In this document: positions 8,350 to 17,087 of the stretch, piece by piece
Numbering within the stretch: the stretch's first letter is position 1
Layout: every line of letters begins with the position of its first letter
Assembly (NCBI GenBank): GCA_045586685.1
Contig: JAZNAU010000016.1
Location: 1-22,494, forward strand
DNA: 22,494 nt
From: Clostridia bacterium
Lineage (GTDB): Bacteria > Bacillota > Clostridia > HGM11514
Direction of reading: 5' to 3'
Translations under genes and position numbers: made by a program
Notes under the pieces: generated by a model
What the model was told of the DNA's origin: nothing
The model's database searches: none
The model's input: the letters and a program-made list of their open reading frames with translations, nothing else

Positions 8350-9549
8350 ATGTACAACAAAAAATCTATCGAAGATATCGCAGTAGCAGGCAAGAAGGTT
8401 CTGGTTCGTTGCGACTTCAATGTTCCTCTGGATGATGACCTGAATATTACTGATGAAACCCGTATCGTAGGGGCTTTACCTACCATCAAGTACCTGGTGG
8501 AACAGGGTGCAAAGGTAATTCTGTGTTCTCACTTAGGGAAACCAAAGGGAGAAGCGATTCCTAAATTTTCTCTGGCTCCCGTTGCAAAAAGATTGTCTGA
8601 AAAACTGGGCAAGGAAGTTGTTTTTGCAGCAGATGAAAATGTTGTTGGTGAAAATGCAAAAAATGCCGTTTCTGCTATGAAAGACGGGGATGTAGTGCTT
8701 TTAGAAAATACCAGATACAGAGCAGAAGAAACCAAGAATGTAGAAACCTTTAGTAAGGAGCTGGCATCCTTGGCTGATGTATTTGTAAACGATGCATTCG
8801 GTACTGCTCACCGTGCACACTGTTCTACCGTTGGTGTTGCAGAATTTATTGAAGGAGAAGCGGTTTGCGGATACCTGATTGAAAAGGAAATTAAGTTCCT
8901 GGGAAATGCTGTCAACAATCCTGTTCGTCCTTTGGTTGCAATCCTGGGCGGTTCAAAGGTTTCCAGTAAGATTTCTGTTATTAACAATTTGTTGGAAAAG
9001 GTAGATACTCTGATTATCGGCGGAGGTATGGCTTATACCTTTATGAAGGCACAAGGGTATGAGGTTGGTAATTCTCTGTTAGAAGAAGATTATATTGATT
9101 ATGCAAATGAAATGCTCAACAAGGCAAAGGAAAAGGGAATTAAGCTGTTGTTGCCTGTTGATACTGTTGTAGCACAGGAATTTTCCAACGATGCAGAATT
9201 TAAAACCGTTTCCAACGGCGGTATTGAACCCGGTTGGGAAGGTTTGGATATTGGGGAAGAAACCATTAAGCTGTATTCTGATGCATTAAAGGATGCAAAG
9301 ACCGTTGTATGGAACGGACCTATGGGTGTATTTGAAATGTCTAACTTTGCAAAGGGAACCAATGCCATTGCTAAGATTCTGGCTGACATTGATGCTACCA
9401 CCATCATTGGCGGCGGAGACAGTGTTGCAGCAGTCAATCAGGCAGGACTGGGGGATAAAATGTCTCATATTTCTACCGGTGGCGGTGCATCATTGGAATT
9501 TTTAGAAGGCAAGGTTCTGCCCGGTATTGATATACTTAACAATAAATAA
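8350..9549 (+). CDS. pgk: Phosphoglycerate kinase
   Basis: [27 protein letters not shown] and [11 protein letters not shown] motifs. ATG 8350 follows GAGGTG. Confidence 0.98.
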   Translation: MYNKKSIEDIAVAGKKVLVRCDFNVPLDDDLNITDETRIVGALPTIKYLVEQGAKVILCSHLGKPKGEAIPKFSLAPVAKRLSEKLGKEVVFAADENVVGENAKNAVSAMKDGDVVLLENTRYRAEETKNVETFSKELASLADVFVNDAFGTAHRAHCSTVGVAEFIEGEAVCGYLIEKEIKFLGNAVNNPVRPLVAILGGSKVSSKISVINNLLEKVDTLIIGGGMAYTFMKAQGYEVGNSLLEEDYIDYANEMLNKAKEKGIKLLLPVDTVVAQEFSNDAEFKTVSNGGIEPGWEGLDIGEETIKLYSDALKDAKTVVWNGPMGVFEMSNFAKGTNAIAKILADIDATTIIGGGDSVAAVNQAGLGDKMSHISTGGGASLEFLEGKVLPGIDILNNK

Positions 9550-9573
9550 TAGATACGAGAGGATATGAGTAAA

Positions 9574-10335
9574 ATGAGTAGAAAATATGTAATTGCCGGA
9601 AACTGGAAGATGAACAAAACTCCTTCCGAGGCAAAAGTACTGGTAAAAGAAGTCATCGAAGCAATCGGCACAAAACCTGAAAATGTAGACGTTATCGTTT
9701 GCCCTCCCTTTGTTGCCGTTGATGCGGCAATGAGTGCGGCTGAAGGAAGCTTTGTCAAGGTTGGTGCACAGAATTTGCATTTTGAAGCAAAGGGTGCCTA
9801 CACCGGCGAAATCGCAGCAGATATGCTGAATGATTTGGGTGTTTCCTATGTCATTATCGGTCACTCCGAACGCAGACAATACTTTGCAGAAACAGACGAA
9901 ACTGTAAATAAAAAGGTTTTGACTGCGTTTGAAGCAAATTTAACTCCCATTATCTGCGTTGGCGAAACCTTGGAGCAGAGAGAACAGGGGATTACAGCTG
10001 ACCTGATTCGTATGCAGGTGAAAATTGCATTTGGCGGTGTTAGTGCTGAACAGGCAAAGAAAGCAATTATTGCTTATGAGCCCGTTTGGGCAATCGGTAC
10101 CGGTAAAACCGCTACCAACGAACAGGCTGATGAAGTTTGCGGTATTATCCGTGAAACCATTGGCGAACTCTATGACAGTGCAACGGCTGAAGCCATTATT
10201 ATTCAGTATGGCGGCAGCATGAATGCAGGGAATGCGGCTGATTTGTTGGCTATGCCCAATATTGACGGCGGTTTGATTGGCGGTGCAGCATTAAAACCCA
10301 ACGATTTTGCTACCATTGTAAAGAGTGCAAAATGA
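9574..10335 (+). CDS. tpiA: Triosephosphate isomerase
   Basis: [24 protein letters not shown] and YGGS motifs. ATG 9574 fits the GAGGA RBS spacing better than 9565. Confidence 0.98.
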   Translation: MSRKYVIAGNWKMNKTPSEAKVLVKEVIEAIGTKPENVDVIVCPPFVAVDAAMSAAEGSFVKVGAQNLHFEAKGAYTGEIAADMLNDLGVSYVIIGHSERRQYFAETDETVNKKVLTAFEANLTPIICVGETLEQREQGITADLIRMQVKIAFGGVSAEQAKKAIIAYEPVWAIGTGKTATNEQADEVCGIIRETIGELYDSATAEAIIIQYGGSMNAGNAADLLAMPNIDGGLIGGAALKPNDFATIVKSAK

Positions 10336-10376
10336 ACCGTTTCGCTAAAAAACATTTTTTAACGAATTGCATGGAT

Positions 10377-10408
10377 AAAAGCGGGTGCAGTGTTGTACCC
10401 GCTTTTTT
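10377..10408 (+). terminator. Intrinsic terminator-like hairpin between tpiA and gpmI
   Basis: AAAAGCGGGTGCA-GTGT-TGTACCCGCTTTT plus further Ts; one G-U pair on the + strand. Confidence 0.7.
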
Positions 10409-10428
10409 GAGAGATTGGAGGAACTGAA

Positions 10429-11940
10429 ATGAAACAGTTGATGAGTTTGATTATTCTGGATGGTTTTGGAATCAATAATGATGAACAGGGCAATGCCATT
10501 CATTCTGCCAAAACACCAAATTTAGATGCCTTGTTCGCCAAATACCCCCATACGCAGATTGCAGCTAGCGGCATGGATGTTGGTCTGCCTGAGGGACAAA
10601 TGGGAAATTCCGAGGTTGGTCACACCAATATTGGTGCGGGCAGAATTGTGTATCAGGAATTGACCCGCATTACCAAATCCATTCAGGATGGAGAGATGTT
10701 TGAAAATATTGAATTAAAAAATGCAATGCAGAATTGCGTTGATAAGGGAACGGCGTTACACCTTTTGGGGCTGTTGTCTGACGGCGGTGTTCATAGCCAC
10801 AACACCCACCTGTATGCTTTAATTGAAATGGCAAAAAGAAAGGGTGTCAAAGATATTTGGGTGCATTGCTTCTTGGACGGCAGAGACGTACCCCCTCAGA
10901 GCGGTAAGGATTTTGTACAGGAATTGCAAGACAAGTTAGCGGAAATCGGTGCAGGAAAGGTAGCAACCGTAATGGGTCGTTACTATGCAATGGACCGTGA
11001 CAACCGTTGGGACCGTGTGGAAAAAGCGTACAACGCCATGGTAAAAGCAGAGGGCGTCACCGTTCCTTGCCCCGTGTGTGCCGTTGCCAATTCCTACAAG
11101 GAAGAAGTTACCGATGAATTTGTGGTTCCTGCAGTGGTAGAAGGCTTTGAAGGAATCAAAGAAAACGATTCCATGATTTTCTTTAATTTCCGTCCCGACC
11201 GTGCAAGAGAAATCACCAGAACCTTTGTGGACCCTGATTTTGAAGGCTTTAAGCGGGACTATTTCCCCGTTCAATATGTATGTATGACCCAGTATGATGC
11301 GGCAATGCCAAATGTATCTGTTGCTTATAAGCCTGAAAGCCTGGTGGACACCTTCGGAGAATACATCAGCAAAAAGGGCTTGAAACAGCTCCGTATTGCT
11401 GAAACGGAAAAATATGCCCATGTTACCTTCTTCTTTAATGGCGGCGTAGAAAAAACCTATGAGGGAGAAAGCAGAATTTTGGTGAACTCTCCCAAGGTTG
11501 CCACTTATGATTTGCAACCTGAAATGAGTGCTTATGAAGTCACCGAAAAGGTGTGTGAACAAATCAGAGGAAGAGAGTTGGATGTCATTATTCTAAACTT
11601 TGCCAACTGTGATATGGTTGGACATACAGGAGTATTTGATGCGGCAGTTGCAGCAGTGGAAGCGGTTGATGCTTGCGTTGGAAAGGTAATGGAGGAAATC
11701 GAAAAAGTAAATGGAATTGCTATTATTACTGCTGACCACGGTAATGCAGATTGCATGGTGGATGACACCACCGGCGGACCTTTTACTGCTCATACCACCA
11801 ATCCTGTTCCCTTGCTCCTTAATCAGAAGGGTGCAAAATTAAAGAAAGGCAGACTTGCCGACATTGCTCCCACCATGCTTGACTTAATGGGGCTGGAAAA
11901 ACCAGCATCCATGACAGGAGAATCCTTATTAGTAAAATAA
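10429..11940 (+). CDS. gpmI: 2,3-bisphosphoglycerate-independent phosphoglycerate mutase
   Basis: [39 protein letters not shown] and TADHGN motifs. Confidence 0.98.
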   Translation: MKQLMSLIILDGFGINNDEQGNAIHSAKTPNLDALFAKYPHTQIAASGMDVGLPEGQMGNSEVGHTNIGAGRIVYQELTRITKSIQDGEMFENIELKNAMQNCVDKGTALHLLGLLSDGGVHSHNTHLYALIEMAKRKGVKDIWVHCFLDGRDVPPQSGKDFVQELQDKLAEIGAGKVATVMGRYYAMDRDNRWDRVEKAYNAMVKAEGVTVPCPVCAVANSYKEEVTDEFVVPAVVEGFEGIKENDSMIFFNFRPDRAREITRTFVDPDFEGFKRDYFPVQYVCMTQYDAAMPNVSVAYKPESLVDTFGEYISKKGLKQLRIAETEKYAHVTFFFNGGVEKTYEGESRILVNSPKVATYDLQPEMSAYEVTEKVCEQIRGRELDVIILNFANCDMVGHTGVFDAAVAAVEAVDACVGKVMEEIEKVNGIAIITADHGNADCMVDDTTGGPFTAHTTNPVPLLLNQKGAKLKKGRLADIAPTMLDLMGLEKPASMTGESLLVK

Positions 11941-11966
11941 AAAGAGATATAAAAAGTCTAGATCTT

Positions 11967-12000
11967 AAAAGGGGAAAACATATATTGTTTTCCTTTTTTT
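11967..12000 (+). terminator. gpmI intrinsic terminator
   Basis: GGGGAAAACA-TATAT-TGTTTTCC followed by a T run. Confidence 0.7.
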
Positions 12001-12148
12001 CTATAAATAAACTTCGCTTCTCGACGTACCTTTGTACACCTTCAGGTAAACCCCTAGCAAAGCTTGGATTGAGTTTGTCCATTCCGAAACAGTTTCTTTC
12101 CCTATTTTAACTATGTGGGAGTCTACTGTTGAAACTTCTTTAAAAAAT

Positions 12149-12180
12149 TATTTATAAAGGGGGATGGTGTCATCCCCCTT
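12149..12180. repeat. 32-bp hairpin-containing direct repeat, copy 1
   Basis: TATTTATAAAGGGGGATGGTGTCATCCCCCTT is 29/32 identical to 12648-12679 and contains a perfect 10-bp stem (AAGGGGGATG/CATCCCCCTT). Confidence 0.85.
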
Positions 12181-12633
12181 CACCCCCACAGCCTCTCGGT
12201 CTTTGCTCAAGGCGGCTGTTAGCACTTGGGCACGAATGATTTTTGTGTCGCTTCGATTCGCAGCTTTCTGCTCAGCTCAGCTAAAATACCGCAAGCAGCA
12301 GCGGAAACGGATATGCGGTATTTTACACCAAAATCATCCCAGCCCTTCATTGACAGCCGACCATTCGCTCCGACAGGTCGGCAAAAGGGCGGCAAAGCCG
12401 CCAAACGCCATGTTGGAGGCGACTGACAGATGTTTGCGAAAGAGGGACGGATGTACCGCAACGGACAGCGAAATCAGTTTCCTTTGCGGTCGCTGAGCGT
12501 TAGTGAGGCGGAGCAAAGGGTTTGCGACTCCGAAACGGCGGTAAAAGAAGTCCCGAAGGAGCAATTACAGATGCCCGAGCCGTAAACCCAGGCGCGGTGG
12601 GGGAGTTTGAGGGGGCGACTGTTGAGCCCCCTC
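12181..12633. ncRNA. Candidate large structured non-coding element (RNA or ssDNA), family unrecognised
   Basis: About 56% GC by hand count (12181-12630) inside AT-rich flanks. At least eight nested helices, including pairings between the 5' and 3' ends. No credible ORF. Confidence 0.55.
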
Positions 12634-12647
12634 GGGAAAAGAAATGG

Positions 12648-12679
12648 TATTTATAAAGGGGGATTGTATCATCCCTCTT
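12648..12679. repeat. 32-bp hairpin-containing direct repeat, copy 2
   Basis: TATTTATAAAGGGGGATTGTATCATCCCTCTT; starts 499 bp after the start of copy 1. Confidence 0.85.
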
Positions 12680-12704
12680 TACTTTTACAGTTTTCTATTT
12701 TTAC

Positions 12705-12740
12705 AAAAAAATCCCCCACATAGATTGTGAGAGATTTTTT
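12705..12740 (-). terminator. Citrate synthase intrinsic terminator
   Basis: Minus strand ATCTCTCACA-ATCTA-TGTGGGGGAT followed by TTTTTT. The stem is complete only on the minus strand, through two G-U pairs. Confidence 0.75.
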
Positions 12741-12757
12741 CACTGTATAGAGGTTGT

Positions 12758-14113
12758 TTAACGCTCGTCAATAGGCACATATTTCTGTCTGGGGGAAACG
12801 CTTTTGTATGCAGGGCGGATGATTTTTCCGTTAGCATACACTTCCTCGATTCTGTGTGCACACCAGCCCACAATACGAGCCATGGCAAAAATGGGTGTAA
12901 ACAGTTCTTCGGGAATATTCAGTATCCGATAAAGTAGACCTGAGTAGAAATCCACGTTGGTTACTGCATGACGGCTATATTTTTGACGTAATACAGCGGG
13001 CACTAGTTTTTCCACTCGTTCATATAACCGATATTCCTGTTCAAACTCTGTTCCCAGAGCCAGCTTTTCCACCTGTGCTTTTAATGCGCCGGCACGGGGG
13101 TCGGAAACAGTATAAACTGCATGACCAAAGCCGTAAATCAAACCTGTTTTGTCAAATTCTTCTTTGTATAACACCTTGGTCAAATATTGGAACAGTTCGT
13201 CCTCATCTTCCCAATTTTCAACCTTTGCTTCCAAATCAAGCATCATATTTCTTGCTTTAATATTGGCACCGCCGTGCTTAAAGCCTTTTAATGCACCTAC
13301 GGCTGTTGCAATAACAGAATAAGTATCTGTTCCCGAAGAAGAAACAACGTGAGTGGCAAAAGCGGAGTTGTTACCGCCTCCGTGTTCTGCATGAAGGGTC
13401 AGGGCAATATCCAACGCTTTTGCTTCAGCCTCGGTATATTGGTTGTCAAGTCTTGTCAGATGGAGCAGATTTTCCGCAATGGATGCTCCCGGTTTTGGGG
13501 TGTGAATGACTAAGCTTTGCCCGTCATAATAATGCCGTTTTGCCTGATATGCATAAGCAATCAGGGCGGGGAAACGGGAGAGCAGAGCAATGGACTGGTT
13601 CATGATATTGGTAAAATCCAGACTGTCCGGATTTTCGTCATAGGAATACAGAGCCAGCACACTCCGAGCCAGCTTGTTCATAATATTACTGCTGGGAGCC
13701 TTTAAAATCATATCTTCCACAAAATTGGCCGGCAACTCCTGATTCTGTTCAATCAGTGAACGGAAATTTGCAAGCTCTGATGCACTGGGCAAGGAACCGA
13801 GCAACAGAAGATAACAGGTTTCTTCAAAACCATACCGGTTTTCCTTTTCGCTGGCAGTAATCAAATCCTTTACATCAATTCCGCGGTAAAAAAGTCTTCC
13901 GTCGATAGGCACCCGTTCGTTATCGTCGATAATATATCCACGCACCTCGCCGATTGAGGTCAGACCCACCAAAACCCCTGTGCCATCAGAGTTACGAAGT
14001 CCTCGTTTTACGTTATACGCAGAGTATCTTTCGGGGTCAATCGTATAATTTTGTTTTACATTTTCCTGACTCATAAGGGTCGGATTTGTGTTTTTTTGAA
14101 TTTTTTCAGACAA
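12758..14113 (-). CDS. gltA: Citrate synthase (Si-type citrate/2-methylcitrate synthase family)
   Basis: LHAEHGGGNNS, GALKGFKHGGAN, GFGHAVY...DPR, NVDFYSG and ARIVGWCAH motifs. Start reassigned to TTG 14113 behind AAGGAGG. Confidence 0.92.
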   Translation of the reverse strand: MSEKIQKNTNPTLMSQENVKQNYTIDPERYSAYNVKRGLRNSDGTGVLVGLTSIGEVRGYIIDDNERVPIDGRLFYRGIDVKDLITASEKENRYGFEETCYLLLLGSLPSASELANFRSLIEQNQELPANFVEDMILKAPSSNIMNKLARSVLALYSYDENPDSLDFTNIMNQSIALLSRFPALIAYAYQAKRHYYDGQSLVIHTPKPGASIAENLLHLTRLDNQYTEAEAKALDIALTLHAEHGGGNNSAFATHVVSSSGTDTYSVIATAVGALKGFKHGGANIKARNMMLDLEAKVENWEDEDELFQYLTKVLYKEEFDKTGLIYGFGHAVYTVSDPRAGALKAQVEKLALGTEFEQEYRLYERVEKLVPAVLRQKYSRHAVTNVDFYSGLLYRILNIPEELFTPIFAMARIVGWCAHRIEEVYANGKIIRPAYKSVSPRQKYVPIDER

Positions 14114-14188
14114 ACAAACAACCTCCTTCTTGTATAAAAACGAATGTTGAAAGCTTCTTTCTTTCAAAATTATTTTTTTATCCAGTTT

Positions 14189-14217
14189 ATTATATCATAA
14201 TTTTAAATATTTTGCAA
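14189..14217 (-). promoter_or_regulatory. sigmaA-type promoter for citrate synthase
   Basis: Minus strand TTGCAA (14217-14212), 17 bp spacer, TATAAT (14194-14189) with an extended -10 TG. Confidence 0.75.
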
Positions 14218-14287
14218 GAATTTATTTTTTAAATTTCATTGATTTGTTGTTTCAAAAAAAAATATTTAACTTTTTCTTCAATTTATA

Positions 14288-14316
14288 TTGCAAAATGTTC
14301 AAAAATAGTGTATTAT
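14288..14316 (+). promoter_or_regulatory. sigmaA-type promoter for the cdaR-like/ftsEX operon
   Basis: TTGCAA (14288-14293), 17 bp spacer, TATTAT (14311-14316). Confidence 0.65.
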
Positions 14317-14391
14317 ATATAATGATACTTTATGTCTTTCAAACGCAAAGGCGTTTGCAAAAGAGAAAACAAAGCAGAGAGGAAGGTTTTT

Positions 14392-15477
14392 ATGGCAAGT
14401 AATCTGTTCCAGAATATGATGTATCAGCTTAAGGATGTAATCGGTCGTGACGTGGGATTATTGGATGACACGGTTACGGTTATCGCAAGCTCCGATTCAT
14501 CGATGCTTTATATGACAATGGATGCGGTGGAGGATGCTCTTTCCGAAACCTTTGGTATCTTCACCTGCAACGGTTATACTTACAAAGTGGTTGGAGTTCG
14601 TAATAAAATTGAATACATTGTATTTGTTGAAGGAGAAGATGAGGAAGCAAAAACATTCTGCTCTATGGTTGCTGTCAGCGTTGCAAACCTCAGACAGATT
14701 TATGACGAAAAGTATGATAAAGCGAATTTAATAAAAAATATTATTTTAGACAATATTTTACCGGGAGATATTCATCTGCGGGTGAAGGAGCTTCGGGTTT
14801 CTTCTTCTGCAAGCCGTGTGGCAATGCTGATTCGGGTTACCGAGGGCGAAGATGTTTCCATTTATGAGATTATTCAGAATATGTTCCCTGAAACAGAGAA
14901 GGACTATATTATCAATTTAAACGAAAAAGATTTGGTGTTGATTAAAGAAGTAAAACAGGGAACCACTGCCAAGGAACTGGAAAAGCTGGCAAAGGCCATT
15001 GTGGATACCATTGGGGTAGAGGCATATGTAAAAATCAATATCGGTATCGGCACAGTGGTTGACAATGTAAAAGAGCTTGCCCGTTCTTATAAGGAAGCAC
15101 AGGTTGCCATGGAAGTCGGCAAAGTGTTTGATATGGAAAAAAATATTGTTAACTATGAAAACCTAGGGATTGGGCGATTGATTTATCATCTGCCCACCAA
15201 GCTTTGCGATATGTTTTTAAATGAAATTTTCAAAAAGGAATCCATTGAAGTATTGGATCAGGAAACCATTATTACTATTCAAAAATTCTTTGAAAATAAC
15301 CTGAATGTCAGTGAAACCTCCAGAAAGCTGTATGTACACCGTAATACACTGGTGTATCGTCTGGACAAGATTTATAAGCTGACAGGCTTGGATTTGAGAA
15401 ACTTTGACGATGCGATTGTATTTAAAGTTGCTATGATGGTAAAACGGTATCTAGTATCCAATCCGACTAAAATCTAA
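14392..15477 (+). CDS. CdaR/PucR family transcriptional regulator
   Basis: C-terminal HTH FFENNLNVSETSRKLYVHRNTLVYRLDKI...TGLD and a GIG...L..SY.EA central domain. ATG 14392 follows GAGGAAGG. Confidence 0.92.
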   Translation: MASNLFQNMMYQLKDVIGRDVGLLDDTVTVIASSDSSMLYMTMDAVEDALSETFGIFTCNGYTYKVVGVRNKIEYIVFVEGEDEEAKTFCSMVAVSVANLRQIYDEKYDKANLIKNIILDNILPGDIHLRVKELRVSSSASRVAMLIRVTEGEDVSIYEIIQNMFPETEKDYIINLNEKDLVLIKEVKQGTTAKELEKLAKAIVDTIGVEAYVKINIGIGTVVDNVKELARSYKEAQVAMEVGKVFDMEKNIVNYENLGIGRLIYHLPTKLCDMFLNEIFKKESIEVLDQETIITIQKFFENNLNVSETSRKLYVHRNTLVYRLDKIYKLTGLDLRNFDDAIVFKVAMMVKRYLVSNPTKI

Positions 15478-15489
15478 GGAGGTGCCGTC

Positions 15490-16182
15490 ATGATTCAATT
15501 TGAAAATGTAACAAAAATTTATGACGGGGAAACGACGGCATTGGAACATGTTTCATTTCATATTGAAGAAGGCGAGTTTGCATTTGTGATTGGGCCCTCG
15601 GGGGCGGGAAAATCAACGGTAACCAAGCTCATTACCCGTGAGGAATTGCCCACAGAAGGGAACATTTATGTCAACGGAATTGATGTAGCAAATTTGCGTC
15701 GTTCCAAAGTGCCCTATTTACGCCGTAATATCGGGATGGTATTTCAGGATTTCAGATTGCTGTCCCAAAAAACCATAAAAGAAAATATTGAATTTGCAAT
15801 GGAGGTTGTGGGAGCATCTCCTAAGGAAATCAATAGAATCGTTCCTAAGCTTTTGAATATGATTGGACTTTCCTCCAGAGCAAATGCTTACCCAGATCAG
15901 CTTTCGGGGGGCGAGCAGCAGAGAGTCGCTCTTGCCCGTGCTCTGGCAAATCAGCCGCCTGTGCTGATTGCGGACGAGCCTACCGGAAATCTGGATCCTA
16001 AAAGCTCAGGAGAAATTATTCAGCTCTTGAATGAAATAAATAAGCAAGGAACAACGGTAATGGTGGTAACCCACGATAAGGAAATTGTAAATTCCTTAAA
16101 AAAACGTGTTATCACTATTTCTGACGGACAGATTTTCAGCGATGAGGAGAGGGGTGAATATCATGAAGCTCCGGTCGTTTAA
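15490..16182 (+). CDS. ftsE: Cell division ATP-binding protein FtsE
   Basis: Walker A GPSGAGKS, FtsE-typical PYLRRNIGMVFQDFRLL, LSGGEQQRV and ADEPTGNLD motifs. Confidence 0.95.
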   Translation: MIQFENVTKIYDGETTALEHVSFHIEEGEFAFVIGPSGAGKSTVTKLITREELPTEGNIYVNGIDVANLRRSKVPYLRRNIGMVFQDFRLLSQKTIKENIEFAMEVVGASPKEINRIVPKLLNMIGLSSRANAYPDQLSGGEQQRVALARALANQPPVLIADEPTGNLDPKSSGEIIQLLNEINKQGTTVMVVTHDKEIVNSLKKRVITISDGQIFSDEERGEYHEAPVV

Positions 16183-17059
16183 TTATTTGATAAAAGAAGG
16201 ATTGAAAAGCCTCTGGTATAATCGGTTGATGAGCTTTGCATCGATTATGACGGTCACTGCCAGTCTGATTATTTTCAGCTTGTTTCTGATTCTCAGCCTG
16301 AATGTAGAACACATGGTAGAGCAAGTGAAAAGCGAGTATGAATTGTTGGTTGTGATTGATGAACATGCGGATGAGGCAACCATTCAGGGAATCGGAAAGG
16401 CTATTGATGCCATGCCACAGGTCAGGGAAATCCGCCTTGTGACAAAGGAAGAGGGGCTGGAAGACCTGAAGGCAACTGTGGACAATCCGGAAATGCTGGT
16501 AGGCTTGGAATTGGACAATCCTATTCGTAATACCTATCGGGTATCGTTGAATAATTTGAACGCATCTGTAGAGGTTATGGAGCAGATTGCCCTGATTTCC
16601 GGTGTGGTAAAAATCAACTCCAATCAGGAGACAGTGTATGCTTTGCAGAATATTACGAGAATGGTGAATATGATAGGCTTCTGGCTGTTTGTTTTATTGA
16701 TGGTTGTGGCAATCGCCATTATTACCAATACGATTCGTCTGGCTGTATATGCCCGTCGGAAGGAAATCAATGTAATGAAATTTATCGGTGCAACCAACTG
16801 GTTTATCCGTTGGCCGTTTATGGTTGAGGGAATTGTAATCGGATTGATTGCCGCAATTTTTTCTTTTGGCATTGTGTATGGGGGATATTATTATATTTCT
16901 GCCAGCTTTAATTCTATGCTTGGCAACGGTCTTGCCGGAATGAAGCTGATTGATACAATACAGATGATGCAATGGGTTGCAGTTTCTTCTGTTGTACTTG
17001 GGGTATTCAGCGGAATAACGGGAAGTGTCATATCCGTTCGCAAGCATATGAAGGTGTAA
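16163..17059 (+). CDS. ftsX: Cell division permease FtsX
   Basis: Four-TM layout with an extracellular loop; ITNTIRLAVYARRKEINVMKFIGATNWFIRWPFMVEG motif. Start ATG 16163. Confidence 0.95.
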   Translation: MKLRSFNYLIKEGLKSLWYNRLMSFASIMTVTASLIIFSLFLILSLNVEHMVEQVKSEYELLVVIDEHADEATIQGIGKAIDAMPQVREIRLVTKEEGLEDLKATVDNPEMLVGLELDNPIRNTYRVSLNNLNASVEVMEQIALISGVVKINSNQETVYALQNITRMVNMIGFWLFVLLMVVAIAIITNTIRLAVYARRKEINVMKFIGATNWFIRWPFMVEGIVIGLIAAIFSFGIVYGGYYYISASFNSMLGNGLAGMKLIDTIQMMQWVAVSSVVLGVFSGITGSVISVRKHMKV

Positions 17060-17087
17060 CAGACGGAAGACTTAGGAGGTACCTATT

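Noticed and set aside
8350-11940. pgk-tpiA-gpmI without gap and eno
   Set aside because: Splitting of the glycolytic operon is common in Clostridia and is not novel.
12129-12158. Possible promoter TTGAAA-N18-TATAAA for the structured element
   Set aside because: The spacer is 18 bp and the -10 lacks the conserved final T; too weak to call in AT-rich DNA, though worth testing by start-site mapping.
12164-12564. Short ORFs over the structured element (12164-12496 +, 12226-12426 +, 12219-12461 -, 12334-12564 -)
   Set aside because: No convincing RBS, atypical Arg/Ala/Pro/Cys-rich composition, mutual overlap and no recognisable motifs; expected by chance in GC-rich DNA.
12181-12633. Identification as RNase P RNA, tmRNA, a group I/II intron, a hammerhead ribozyme or a CRISPR array
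   Set aside because: No GAGGAAAGUCC, no tRNA-like ends with a tag ORF, no GUGYG start or proper domain V (GAGCCG at 12577 lacks the D5 stem), no CUGANGA core, and only two repeats 499 bp apart.
12111-12723. 9-bp inverted match CTATGTGGG (12111-12119) / CCCACATAG (12715-12723)
   Set aside because: It does not extend, and the right copy is part of the gltA terminator; likely chance.
14340-14357. Inverted repeat CAAACGC-AAAG-GCGTTTG in the leader of the CdaR-like gene
   Set aside because: It could be an operator or a 5' hairpin, but a single 7-bp palindrome cannot be assigned from sequence alone.
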